IMG/VR virus record: IMGVR_UViG_3300023179_007799 | Strand: one strand, 5' to 3' | DNA from: an uncultured virus (IMG/VR IMGVR_UViG_3300023179_007799) | Taxonomy: Duplodnaviria > Heunggongvirae > Uroviricota > Caudoviricetes | DNA: 64,000 nucleotides | Shown: positions 18,952 to 28,691 of the stretch, piece by piece | Numbering within the stretch: position 1 is the first letter of the stretch | How the letters are laid out: each line of letters opens with the position of its first letter | Made by a program: the position numbers and the translations under genes | Notes under the pieces: model-generated | What the model saw: only the letters and a program-made list of their open reading frames with translations | Told to the model about the DNA's origin: nothing | Database searches by the model: none

Positions 18952-19683
18952 ATGACCTTAAGTCATGCCAACTATTGTGAAATTTCAGCACGTGCCATGC
19001 AATTTGACACCAGGCTGGTGGAGTCCAACACCAAAAAACTGGAAATTCTGGATAGCATAGCTGAATACCACGGCAAACAGCCAAAATCAGTGTTGTTCAT
19101 GGGTTTTAGCAGCCTGTTATCTGCCTGCACTGCCTCAGAAATCACTGTAGTGGGCGTCAGTGACGATGTAAAAAAATGGTTGAACTCACTGCCAGTTAAA
19201 TACAATTATATTGAAGAACTTGAACTGATTGACGGCAAGAAAAAGTACGATTGGGTCATCGCTGCTGATGAATTTTTTACTTTTGCTGACAGCGAGCATG
19301 ATCAGAGAATCAGTGTGGAGCAACTGGTGGGCCTGGCCAATCAGGTGGTTGTCACCACTCTGAGAGATTATAAAAATCAGGATTTTCGAGATCGGGAATT
19401 TAGTTATCCGTTGGCCCTACGTAACAACACAGATCGACTGACATTTTTAGAAAGCCATGAGCACGATCAGGTAAATAAGAATAGTTGGCGGACCACAGTG
19501 TATGAAATACAAAACACTCAGCTGATGGTAAATGGGCCTTATAACAGACAATCAATGTTTTTCAAGCAGTTGGCAAGACTTAGTTTGGACGCTGGTGCAA
19601 GAAGTTTTTATGTGCATAAAAATCTCATGTACAAGAGTGTGATAAAGAAGAATTACGAACACGTTATTTCAATCGCGGTATAA
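18952..19683 (+). CDS. possible class I SAM methyltransferase-like protein
   Basis: SVLFMG...KYDWVIA pattern, degenerate. Confidence 0.4.
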   Translation: MTLSHANYCEISARAMQFDTRLVESNTKKLEILDSIAEYHGKQPKSVLFMGFSSLLSACTASEITVVGVSDDVKKWLNSLPVKYNYIEELELIDGKKKYDWVIAADEFFTFADSEHDQRISVEQLVGLANQVVVTTLRDYKNQDFRDREFSYPLALRNNTDRLTFLESHEHDQVNKNSWRTTVYEIQNTQLMVNGPYNRQSMFFKQLARLSLDAGARSFYVHKNLMYKSVIKKNYEHVISIAV

Positions 19684-19707
19684 AAGCAGTAACTTAGAAA
19701 TTTAAAC

Positions 19708-20760
19708 ATGGATACTCAAGATCAACTACAGCCAGTGGTTTCGGCATTACTCAATAACCTCAAGGGTTCGTTAGAGCAAGAAATTAGCAAGACAATTTCT
19801 GCAGAGGTCATCAACAGAGTCATCAGTGCTGAGTTGACCCCCATAATTTCCAGAATTGTTCAGAGTCAGATTGAACAACGCCTGGCCAAAATTCCGCACA
19901 GTCAGATTGATTTTGCTGGACTCAGCATCACTGGTGACCACATCAGAGGTGGTATAATCGAAAAGTTTGGCAGCACTGGCATTGAAGACCGCGCCAGCTT
20001 TGTTCAGTTGACTCTGATGGATGATGCCGCCGCATTTGAGGGCACAGTGCATGCTCCTGCACTCCGGGTCAAAGGCACAGTCACCATTGATGGTGACCTG
20101 ATTGTTCGTGGCGATGTGCCCACCGACTCTCCAGTTTTTGAAAATTTAGTCACATACAGCAGCCGACGTGTTCAGGAAAATCTCAATCAGGAATTGTTTC
20201 AGGGATTCAGCAACACCATCTACAACAACATCAAAGAGCATGGGCTGGACCTGGATCGGGTCACTCAGGCTGGCAGAGACGTTGTTCGAGGCAATCAGTT
20301 GGGTTATCACATTGTGGACAGTAACTTGCAACGATTGGGTCAGGTCCGAGATCTACAGACTGTGGGAGAAGCATTATTAAGTAACACCCTGTACGTTACT
20401 GAACGCAGAGTGGGCATCAACACTCTGGACCCCAGTGCAGCATTTGTGGTTTGGGATGAGGAATGCGAAATTGTTCTGTCTAAACGCAAGCAAGACACTG
20501 CCTACATGGGCACACAGCGTCATCAGAAGCTGGTGGTGGGCAGTAACAGCAAAGAAAACATAGTTTTGGAAACTGATGGTTCTGTGCAAATCAAAAATTT
20601 GAGTGTGGGGCAGACTCAGATGACATCTGCTGCAGCAATTCCCAACTATGAGGGATCTCGTGGTCAGATAGTCTGGAATGAAATCCCCGACAGTGGCAGA
20701 GCCATTGGCTGGGTTTGCCTGGGTGGCACTCGCTGGGCCGGATTTGGCACCATAGAATAG
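19708..20760 (+). CDS. probable virion structural protein
   Basis: RVGINT, GQIVWN..P and GWVCLGG..W..FG motifs typical of fibre/baseplate proteins. Confidence 0.55.
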   Translation: MDTQDQLQPVVSALLNNLKGSLEQEISKTISAEVINRVISAELTPIISRIVQSQIEQRLAKIPHSQIDFAGLSITGDHIRGGIIEKFGSTGIEDRASFVQLTLMDDAAAFEGTVHAPALRVKGTVTIDGDLIVRGDVPTDSPVFENLVTYSSRRVQENLNQELFQGFSNTIYNNIKEHGLDLDRVTQAGRDVVRGNQLGYHIVDSNLQRLGQVRDLQTVGEALLSNTLYVTERRVGINTLDPSAAFVVWDEECEIVLSKRKQDTAYMGTQRHQKLVVGSNSKENIVLETDGSVQIKNLSVGQTQMTSAAAIPNYEGSRGQIVWNEIPDSGRAIGWVCLGGTRWAGFGTIE

Positions 20761-20761
20761 T

Positions 20762-20790
20762 TTGACAATTCATCAGTGCTCAAGTATAGT
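20762..20790 (+). promoter_or_regulatory. sigma70-like promoter
   Basis: TTGACA-17-TATAGT. Confidence 0.7.
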
Positions 20791-20818
20791 TACTGGATCG
20801 AGTATCCGATACTGGCAC

Positions 20819-21109
20819 ATGACAAAAGCATCAATCAAACATCTGACACTGACACCCCAACACTGGGATAGTGTTCTGATGAAAATCAAGGATGAATACA
20901 ATCCCAGTGTCTATCTGATCCGTGAGCGCATGCAGAAGACCCTGGGATTCACTGTGAGACGGCACCAGGAGTGGATTGACCGAAGTCAGACTCCAGGTGA
21001 CGATTTAGATTCAGGTTACTATCTGGAGTCAGTGCATCTGGACTTTTATGACGACGCCAAGAAAACTTGGTTCTTACTCAAATACTCTGATATCATAAAT
21101 TCTGATTAA
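20819..21109 (+). CDS. hypothetical protein
   Basis: Downstream of a promoter; ends F.DDAKKTWFLLKYS. Confidence 0.65.
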   Translation: MTKASIKHLTLTPQHWDSVLMKIKDEYNPSVYLIRERMQKTLGFTVRRHQEWIDRSQTPGDDLDSGYYLESVHLDFYDDAKKTWFLLKYSDIINSD

Positions 21110-21283
21110 ATGAACAACGTTGCCAGTGTGTGTGCGCCTGTCAGGACTCCTTATCAGGGCTGGACGCCCTGTATAGAATGGTGTCAGGACAATTGCCGGC
21201 ATCTCTGGTGGTATGAAGGCGAGGGCATTTTCAGATTCGACGATCACCAGGAGTATACCATGTTTTTACTGATGTGGTCATGA
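21110..21283 (+). CDS. 57-aa hypothetical protein (WC...FxLxW type)
   Basis: MNNVAS...EWCQDNC..WW.....FRFDD..EYTMFLLMWS; not in the ORF track. Confidence 0.65.
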   Translation: MNNVASVCAPVRTPYQGWTPCIEWCQDNCRHLWWYEGEGIFRFDDHQEYTMFLLMWS

Positions 21284-21465
21284 CAGCCTTTCCACTACCA
21301 CAGGGAATAGACAACTGGAACAACGTTAAAGAACGCATCACCTGGTGCGAAACCACGTTTGGTCCCAGGGTCTTTGCTGGTGTATGGGAATACAATGCAG
21401 TTAGTCATATGATTGTCATCAGAGATCCCAAATTTGTCATGCTATACTCTCTGAGGTGGTCATGA
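21280..21465 (+). CDS. hypothetical protein (WC...LxW type)
   Basis: ATGA-coupled; TWCETTFG...MLYSLRWS. Confidence 0.65.
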   Translation: MTAFPLPQGIDNWNNVKERITWCETTFGPRVFAGVWEYNAVSHMIVIRDPKFVMLYSLRWS

Positions 21466-21540
21466 ATTTGTTTACGGAAAAGATTGATAAAACTATATAA
21501 AATCTTTTGATAAGAAATAGTGTTGAATGGTAATAAAAAA

Positions 21541-22320
21541 TTAGTCCCACCTAGAAGTTATCATTCCCCGTTTCCACCCATTGGAGAGATAAGAATCTAA
21601 CTCATTCTTATCAATTCGCAAATTGTTAAGCCCATTGTTAACCCAAACTGCGCCCTTTTTGACAGGTGCCCACTTTTTTTTAATCCATCCCTGTAAAAAT
21701 TTTGTTTCAAGATCTTCCTTGGAACATAAACTATACTCATCTGTCATTTTATTGTAAATCCAAATTTTATTAGATGTTGGAGAGTTTGGTAATCCCTTGT
21801 GCCATCCCTGGTTTACGTAGTCTAATAATTGTGTCGGGTGTATCATTTTCTTTTGATCATTTTTATGTATCCAAATAGTATTTGTAGTGGATGACATATT
21901 TCGACCAATAATCCATCCTTCTTTTAACATTTTTGGAATGGCATTTGGGTGAACAGCACATCTTTTTCCAGTGTAAGGATTACTTATATGTTTTAGTCCA
22001 GTGGTTCCTCGGTTAGTTCCACCAAAGCCCCCCTCTACAATATTGTAAACGTCATTTCTTTTTAAAAAATCAGCATTAACAATTTCTTTTTCTTTGGCGA
22101 ACATTTCTTGGGGAGTGTCAAATGAATAAAGTATAGTTCTTTCAAATGCTAATTTTCCGTGTTTTTCAATAGACAGTACCAAGTTATGCCCCGATCCAAG
22201 GTACCCATCATTAAGGATATCTGTGGAATGTGCACCTATATAAATTTTTCCAGTTATCTTGTTGGTAGTTTTGTAGATAATATGGTATTTTTTTAGTTCT
22301 TGCTTTTTTATGTTTGCCAT
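21541..22320 (-). mobile_element. free-standing GIY-YIG homing endonuclease (Seg-like)
   Basis: IIYKTTNKITGKIYIGAH...YLGSG...YN...GG; repeated C-terminal WI(H/Y/N)N...GW..G modules; AT-rich and inverted relative to neighbours. Confidence 0.85.
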
Positions 22321-22384
22321 TTTCTTGACTTTTTTGAATACATCCTGTAATATATTTATTTGTTTGCGTGTAAATGGATACGTT

Positions 22385-23404
22385 ATGCCCCAAAAAAGAA
22401 TTGGTTTTTGCTGCAAGTGGATTGATCGTCCTGATCAGGTCAATAATATTAAATCCACTGATGCTGCCAAAGCGTTAAATACCAGCACAACAACTGTCAG
22501 ATGGTTGAATGAACATCGTGATCAGGCCGAAGACCGTCTGTGGTCTCTGGCAAAACATAATATCGAGGCCGCCAGGCGTCTCGTGGAAAGGGTTGGCAGT
22601 TTAGATGAACAGCTTCGAATGGTTCGGTTGGGCAGTGATCTATTACCAGTTTTTACTGAGCCTACTTGGCGTCATTTTTGGCAGCAGCCTGACGTTAGGC
22701 ATTATGCTGAACGAGCGTTTATGGAGGTTGGTGAGCTTGCTCGTGGCCTTGACGTCAGGCTTAGTTTTCATCCTGGTCAATTCGTGGTTCTGGCTAGTGA
22801 TAATCCAGACATTATTGACCGAAGCATAGACGAATTTGAATATCATGCCACCATGGCTGCTTGGATGGGCTATGGACAAAAATTCCAGGACCTGAAAATC
22901 AACGTGCATATTTCTGGCCGAGCAGGCCCCGAGGGAATCAGACGAGTATTGAGCAGGCTCAGTCCCGAGGCACGTAACTGCATCACTATTGAAAATGAGG
23001 AAATGAAGCATGGACTTGATGATTGTCTTAGTATTGGCGATGTTGTTCCTATCGTACTCGACCTACACCATCATTGGGTACGTGAGGGGGAGTATATCTC
23101 ACCAGCAGATGATCGAGTCCAGCGAGTTCTTGACAGCTGGCGGGGCCGGCGTCCTACTTGCCATTTCAGCACTAGTCGTGAAGATCTACTCCTAGATCAC
23201 TGTGCTGATACTCGACCTGACATGAGTTTGCTGTTGTCCCAGGGCTACAAAAAGAGCAAACTTCGTGCACATTCGGATTTTTACTGGAACACAGCAGTCA
23301 ACGACTGGGCTTTGTCCTTCCGAGACAATTTTGACATCATGTGCGAGAGCAAAGCCAAGAATCTTGCCAGTTTTGCGCTGTATGAACATGCCAATACCAT
23401 TTGA
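22385..23404 (+). CDS. uvsE: UV-damage endonuclease UvsE/UVDE
   Basis: RIGFCCK, RLSFHPGQF.VL, TIENEE, DLHHH, RAHSD and DIMCESKAK motifs. Confidence 0.92.
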   Translation: MPQKRIGFCCKWIDRPDQVNNIKSTDAAKALNTSTTTVRWLNEHRDQAEDRLWSLAKHNIEAARRLVERVGSLDEQLRMVRLGSDLLPVFTEPTWRHFWQQPDVRHYAERAFMEVGELARGLDVRLSFHPGQFVVLASDNPDIIDRSIDEFEYHATMAAWMGYGQKFQDLKINVHISGRAGPEGIRRVLSRLSPEARNCITIENEEMKHGLDDCLSIGDVVPIVLDLHHHWVREGEYISPADDRVQRVLDSWRGRRPTCHFSTSREDLLLDHCADTRPDMSLLLSQGYKKSKLRAHSDFYWNTAVNDWALSFRDNFDIMCESKAKNLASFALYEHANTI

Positions 23405-23645
23405 AAATTCCGGAAGACGCATGTTTTATGGCAGAGCCAAGTGGTATTTGCGGCGTTGCTGGATACCACACCGTTGTGATATGTCTGGACGATGGTTGTG
23501 GCTGGTCAAAGCATATCTGGGACAAGCCATCTGGAATGGAGCAACACACGGATATTATCAGATGTTTGACCAGCCTGTTATTGAAACTCGCTGGCTCAGC
23601 CGGGCAGAATTTACTCGATTTGCACTCAGCGGCCGTGTCAATTAA
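23388..23645 (+). CDS. hypothetical protein
   Basis: W.P.RC..SG.WLWL..AY motif; overlaps the end of uvsE. Confidence 0.5.
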   Translation: MPIPFENSGRRMFYGRAKWYLRRCWIPHRCDMSGRWLWLVKAYLGQAIWNGATHGYYQMFDQPVIETRWLSRAEFTRFALSGRVN

Positions 23646-23652
23646 AAATAAT

Positions 23653-23681
23653 TTGACAAACTAATCAAAATTGCTTATAAT
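23653..23681 (+). promoter_or_regulatory. consensus sigma70 promoter
   Basis: TTGACA-17-TATAAT. Confidence 0.85.
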
Positions 23682-23715
23682 TTGCCCTGTTGATATGCAC
23701 TAGTGAGGAGTAAGT

Positions 23716-24126
23716 ATGGGGCTGGACATGTATGCCTACAGTGCCGTCAAGGCCGGCGCTCAGCAAGATTATTGGGACAATTACGACTTTGACGAAAAAA
23801 AGTCTAATTGTTCCAAGCCCAGGGAACTGGCCTACTGGCGCAAACACCCCAATCTGCATGGATGGATGGAACGCCTGTGGGAAAGTAAAGGATGCCCTGG
23901 GGATAACCCAGAAAAAATGTTCAACGGTGTGGAACTAGAACTGACCTGGGAAGATCTTGATGCCCTGGAACAGGACATTTTAAATCAGCAGTTACCTGAA
24001 ACTCAGGGATTTTTCTTCGGTGACGCCAGCGACAATTACTATCGTGAGCAGGATCTGGAATTTATTCGAGAAGCCCGGGCTGACCTTTTTCTGGGCCTGA
24101 GAGTGTTTTACAATAGTTCCTGGTAA
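23716..24126 (+). CDS. conserved phage hypothetical protein
   Basis: GAGGAG SD; MGLDMY...YWRKH..LHGW...FFFG...YNSSW. Confidence 0.8.
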   Translation: MGLDMYAYSAVKAGAQQDYWDNYDFDEKKSNCSKPRELAYWRKHPNLHGWMERLWESKGCPGDNPEKMFNGVELELTWEDLDALEQDILNQQLPETQGFFFGDASDNYYREQDLEFIREARADLFLGLRVFYNSSW

Positions 24127-24130
24127 TCAT

Positions 24131-24550
24131 ATGAAACTTGAACTAGATTTAGAGATTCCAGATTTTACTCCATGGCAGACTCGATTGGGGCTGCCCTCCA
24201 GTCAGAGACAAAAGTTTGGAGTGTATATTCATGGATTGATTGATGAACCAAGTTTTCAACCAGCAGATCCCTGGGATAGTAGAGTTGCGTACATTGGCGT
24301 AGCCACATGCACTTTTGACAGTCGCATGAGCAAATTTTATCGTACTCTGAATTTGGGTTATGACAGTTATTTTGGATCAACCAACCACACTGGGGCGCGA
24401 ACAGCCAGAGAGTTGGGGTATACTGAAGACAATTTTAAAACTGCTCTGTGTATTTTGAACAATAAACAGGAAGCATTATTGGCTGAAAGAATGCTGCTTC
24501 ATCTGTTTTACCAGCGGCATGGTCGAGTACCCATTCTAAATAAAAATTAA
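24131..24550 (+). CDS. GIY-YIG superfamily protein
   Basis: GVY...AYIGVA....R...E..L...GRVP.LN. Confidence 0.55.
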   Translation: MKLELDLEIPDFTPWQTRLGLPSSQRQKFGVYIHGLIDEPSFQPADPWDSRVAYIGVATCTFDSRMSKFYRTLNLGYDSYFGSTNHTGARTARELGYTEDNFKTALCILNNKQEALLAERMLLHLFYQRHGRVPILNKN

Positions 24551-25000
24551 ATGACCAACATCTATACAAGCATTGACCAGGTACTACAAGGATGTGGCCA
24601 TTGGTTGGCACACATGGGAATGCCACAGACTGTGAAAGATTTTCAATTGGTGTCATTTCGAGACTGGCGGCAGCTTCCCAAAAAACCCGGGGTGTATGTG
24701 GTTTTTGACAGTAAAAATCAGTCGGTGGCATATGTTGGCATGAGTTACAAGGGCCGTGGCGGCATTCGAACCAGAAATTCCAATCACAATAAAAAGTTCG
24801 ACCTCCCGGATAAGTCAGTGATGCCCAATGGCTGGCGCTGGTATTTGAAATCATATGCAGTCGATCCCAATCAGCTGACTTTGTTATACTTGACTCTGGA
24901 CAGTGTGTATGACATCTGCGCACTGGAAATGAACCTGGTTCGTGAATTTCAGCCCTTGGCCAACGAAGAAAGTTTTATTCATTTTAAACGAGAACTGTGA
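24551..25000 (+). CDS. GIY-YIG superfamily protein
   Basis: PGVYVV.....VAYVGMS....IRTR...H...LE..L...FQP..N. Confidence 0.65.
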   Translation: MTNIYTSIDQVLQGCGHWLAHMGMPQTVKDFQLVSFRDWRQLPKKPGVYVVFDSKNQSVAYVGMSYKGRGGIRTRNSNHNKKFDLPDKSVMPNGWRWYLKSYAVDPNQLTLLYLTLDSVYDICALEMNLVREFQPLANEESFIHFKREL

Positions 25001-25236
25001 TGATGGATGATTTTGTCTACAATAATGAAGAAGAAGCCGAAATGGCACAATTGCACAGTATCCATCTGCATATGAATGCCGTGGACAAAATTCGTCAAAA
25101 ACTCAGCAAGCAAACTCAAAGCCCAAGTCTGACGGAATGCCAGGACTGCGGTGAAGATATTCCCCCGGCTCGTCAACAAGCCATGCCGGGTGTACGTCGG
25201 TGTATATTCTGTCAGCAAGTGCACGAGCGTCATTAA
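24997..25236 (+). CDS. DksA/TraR-family C4 zinc-finger protein
   Basis: CQDCGEDIPPARQQAMPGVRRCIFCQ. Confidence 0.9.
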   Translation: MMMDDFVYNNEEEAEMAQLHSIHLHMNAVDKIRQKLSKQTQSPSLTECQDCGEDIPPARQQAMPGVRRCIFCQQVHERH

Positions 25237-25244
25237 ATAAAATT

Positions 25245-26129
25245 ATGCATTTTTTACAAATAGTCTATGCTGATCCACAGAATCTCAAAGACACATTTGA
25301 ATTAAAATTTCAGTTACTTGATAGTTCAATAGTCCGTCGGTGGGTCGATTGTCTGCAACGAGCACAGTCTGCGTATCAAATTGACGATCCGGGTAGATTC
25401 TATGGATTTGGCAGTATTGAAAATCAAACACAAGATAGTATTAGGAAAATCAATAATTGTATTGATATAATTAATAGTGACCAGTTGATCATTGATCGAT
25501 ACTTGGGTTCAGTGGATGATCAGGATACCTTAAATTATCTACATCATATATTTGAAATCTATCATGGATTGCTAGATCAACAAAATCATGAATTTTGGAT
25601 AAAGGCTTCACTGTCAGTGAGAAAAGCCTTGGCTGATTTAAATGTTCTAGTACATAGATGTGAATCAGTGCACCGTTCAGGAAACCCTAGACATGTTGTT
25701 ACTTACTATGGGTTACCAAAAACACAAACACTCCATGAAGATGATTACAATTATTTTACTGATAATTACCAATTTGGATCAGTCTATCTAAATTACGTTG
25801 AAATTGGTAAAACTTTAGAAGATTTGGCCATAGACAACGATCAATATATTGAGGACACTGCATTTCAACCGTTTCGCCATTTTTCAGCAGATTTTAATGT
25901 CAAATTTTGGGATGAAAACCCAACACTAATAGATATTAAACATGCTAAAATAAAAGAATATTATGACAATCGAGAAAAATTTTTTAATGAAAGAAATTTA
26001 TATTGGGGACATCCCTGGTTAAAATCTGGGTCAATCCCTGTGGCCAAATTAGAAACAAACATTAGTCGTGACGAATTGTTGAATAATATTGACAAACGGC
26101 AGTGGATCAAAGAAGTTAATTTAATTTAA
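25245..26129 (+). CDS. hypothetical protein
   Basis: Long AT-rich ORF; TAAATA 5 nt upstream. Confidence 0.7.
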   Translation: MHFLQIVYADPQNLKDTFELKFQLLDSSIVRRWVDCLQRAQSAYQIDDPGRFYGFGSIENQTQDSIRKINNCIDIINSDQLIIDRYLGSVDDQDTLNYLHHIFEIYHGLLDQQNHEFWIKASLSVRKALADLNVLVHRCESVHRSGNPRHVVTYYGLPKTQTLHEDDYNYFTDNYQFGSVYLNYVEIGKTLEDLAIDNDQYIEDTAFQPFRHFSADFNVKFWDENPTLIDIKHAKIKEYYDNREKFFNERNLYWGHPWLKSGSIPVAKLETNISRDELLNNIDKRQWIKEVNLI

Positions 26130-26140
26130 AGGAAAATGCA

Positions 26141-26731
26141 ATGCCAAATCTAATCCCCATGGTGCTGGAACGCACCAGCCAGGGCGAACGCAGTTACGAC
26201 CTGTACAGTCGACTACTAAAAGATCGCATTGTCATGCTGGACACCGACGTTAATGAACATTCGGCCAGTCTGGTTGTGGCTCAGCTGCTGTTTCTAGAAG
26301 CAGAAGATCCTGATCGGGATATTTTGTTTTATATCAACAGTCCCGGCGGTGTAGTCACTGCAGGCATGGCCATCTACGATACCATGCAGTTTATCAAGCC
26401 TGATGTTTCAACCATTGTCATGGGCCAGGCATGCAGCATGGGGTCGCTATTGGCACAGGCCGGAGCCCGAGGCAAGCGACTAATTCTGCCCAATGCTCGC
26501 CACATGATTCACCAGCCCAGTGGTGGTGCTGGCGGCCAGGCCACTGACATGGAAATCCATGTGAGAGAAATTCTCAAGATGAAACGCAGTCTGACTGAGA
26601 TTTATGTACATCACAATAGTCGTGGTCGATTGTATGACGAAATTGCTCAGGACATGGAACGCGACTTCTTCATGACTGCTCATCAGTCTGTGGAATACGG
26701 TTTGGCTGATCAGGTCATCAACAAGCGATAA
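26141..26731 (+). CDS. clpP: ATP-dependent Clp protease proteolytic subunit
   Basis: [26 protein letters not shown] (catalytic Ser), MIHQP and ERDFFM motifs. Confidence 0.96.
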   Translation: MPNLIPMVLERTSQGERSYDLYSRLLKDRIVMLDTDVNEHSASLVVAQLLFLEAEDPDRDILFYINSPGGVVTAGMAIYDTMQFIKPDVSTIVMGQACSMGSLLAQAGARGKRLILPNARHMIHQPSGGAGGQATDMEIHVREILKMKRSLTEIYVHHNSRGRLYDEIAQDMERDFFMTAHQSVEYGLADQVINKR

Positions 26732-28047
26732 TGCTTCGAGATCACTTTTGCTCTAGCCCCTGGTTCCATTTACGGATAAATCCCAATGGTGACTATGCTC
26801 CATGCCGCTGGGATTTTTCTTTAAGAAATTCCAGTAAAAACATTCGAGATATTGGACTGCTGGAATATTTCAATTCGGAAGAAATGCGTGGGCTCAGAAA
26901 TTCTTTACTACATGGTGAGCCAACACCGACATGTCAGAGCTGCCATTACGAGGATCGGCAAAACAAAGTCAGTGGCAGACAACGACAGTTATTAAAAAGT
27001 GCCGTTGATGTCAGAAATTTTGACAAAACTTTCTGTTCCAGTCCCCACTATGAAATGTTCAAACATTCTTACGAACATCAGGGGAAAACCAATAAACTTC
27101 CAGTAGATTTGCAAATTGATCTGGGAAACACTTGTAACAGTGCATGTATCATGTGTCATCCAATGTTTAGTAGTAGATTACAAGACGATTACATCAAACT
27201 TAGTGCTATCGAACCCGATCTATTTTTTGTGCCAGCACAGTCTCAAAACTGGGCAGATAATCCAGTTTTATTAGAGAAATTCATTAATGATCTGGAAAAA
27301 ATACCAGACCTAAAGTATTTGCATTTTCTGGGAGGAGAAACTTTATATTTAAAAAGTTTTTACAACATTTGCGAAAAGTTAATTGAACGAGGAATTGCAA
27401 AAAATGTTAGCATAGGTACCACAACAAATGGCACAGTATACACGCCCAGACTGGAAAAAATTCTTACTGAATTTAAACACGTACATCTGGGCTTGAGTGT
27501 AGAGTCCATGCATGATATTAATGACTACATCAGATGGCCTAGCAAAATATCAGATGTTCGATCTACTATGCAAAAGTTTTTATCCTTGCGCGATAGTTAT
27601 AATATACAAATTTCATTACGCATTACTCCAACCATTTTTACAGTGTATCATCTGGACACAATATTTGAGTACATGATTGAAAACAATGTTGTTGCGGAAA
27701 GTTGTAATATTTTGCAAGACCCTCGACCATTAAGAGTGGAATTGATGTCAGATGATTTGCGGCAGGCAGTTCTAGAAAAAATTAATAAAGTAATAAATCA
27801 ATACAATCTTGTTGACCCATGTCAGCCCATAGTTAATCGAAGACGTGATGATCTGATCCAACCAGTAATTTCTCAGGTAGTTTTTGAATATCGAAATTTT
27901 CTAGAATCATGTCAGGCACCAACAACAGCAACGTCCGACCGAGAAGCATTGGTTAAATTTATTCGAGCATTTGAAAAATTGCGTGGCAATAGTATATTGG
28001 ACTACTTACCTGAATATGAAAAATTTCTCAGAAGCCACGGTTATTAA
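26731..28047 (+). CDS. radical SAM protein with N-terminal SPASM/twitch-like domain
   Basis: CNSACIMC and GGET motifs; N-terminal CSSPW...G..APC...CQSC. Confidence 0.85.
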   Translation: MLRDHFCSSPWFHLRINPNGDYAPCRWDFSLRNSSKNIRDIGLLEYFNSEEMRGLRNSLLHGEPTPTCQSCHYEDRQNKVSGRQRQLLKSAVDVRNFDKTFCSSPHYEMFKHSYEHQGKTNKLPVDLQIDLGNTCNSACIMCHPMFSSRLQDDYIKLSAIEPDLFFVPAQSQNWADNPVLLEKFINDLEKIPDLKYLHFLGGETLYLKSFYNICEKLIERGIAKNVSIGTTTNGTVYTPRLEKILTEFKHVHLGLSVESMHDINDYIRWPSKISDVRSTMQKFLSLRDSYNIQISLRITPTIFTVYHLDTIFEYMIENNVVAESCNILQDPRPLRVELMSDDLRQAVLEKINKVINQYNLVDPCQPIVNRRRDDLIQPVISQVVFEYRNFLESCQAPTTATSDREALVKFIRAFEKLRGNSILDYLPEYEKFLRSHGY

Positions 28048-28405
28048 ATCTAATTTAGTGCTGTACGTTAATCTGGCGATATCCCCAATGGGGGGTGACA
28101 CCTATTGTCAAATTGAACTCAATCAGAAAGTGCTGTTTGTTGGGCTGGTTTCAGAAAAAACTAATTTGAATGCAGAAGTTCCATTGTGTGACCCTCTGAA
28201 CTTCAAATTTTTTGTGGAAAGAACGCACCCACAAGCAATCCAAATTGACATGTTGACTGTGGATGGAATGGAAGTTTTGCCACTCTATAGGCATCATGCA
28301 TCTCCGCCAACTTCTTATCTGGATTTTACTGGACACTGGGAATTGTCAATTCCAAATTTCTACCCTTGGTATCACGAAATTACTGGTCAAGGTTGGATTG
28401 TCTAA
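28016..28405 (+). CDS. hypothetical protein
   Basis: Overlaps the end of the radical SAM gene. Confidence 0.55.
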   Translation: MKNFSEATVIKSNLVLYVNLAISPMGGDTYCQIELNQKVLFVGLVSEKTNLNAEVPLCDPLNFKFFVERTHPQAIQIDMLTVDGMEVLPLYRHHASPPTSYLDFTGHWELSIPNFYPWYHEITGQGWIV

Positions 28406-28469
28406 ATTTTTTGTTGACTAATTGACCAAAATCATGTACTATAGCAGCATAGTTAAACACTGGGAGTAC

Positions 28470-28691
28470 ATGATGCAGGAAATGCAACGGTTCCAAGAAC
28501 TCAGCAGACAATTGGAGGAAGTCTTTGGTAAGACGGCCAACCCCCTATATGCCGAAGCCAGAATGTTGGGCACTTTACAGGTTTTGATTCCCTATTGCAT
28601 GGACACTGAGAGCCTGGGTAAATTGAATGGTTATTTGACCAATGCAATTCATGAGGAAATGATGAAAATCCTAGCCCAGGAGCCTGTGTGA
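28470..28691 (+). CDS. hypothetical protein
   Basis: GGAG SD; TTGACT-17-TACTAT promoter at 28414-28442. Confidence 0.6.
   Translation: MMQEMQRFQELSRQLEEVFGKTANPLYAEARMLGTLQVLIPYCMDTESLGKLNGYLTNAIHEEMMKILAQEPV

Noticed and set aside
21541..22384. Group I intron carrying the GIY-YIG endonuclease
   Set aside because: The flanking genes appear intact, the endonuclease is on the opposite strand, and there is too little flanking sequence for a ribozyme core
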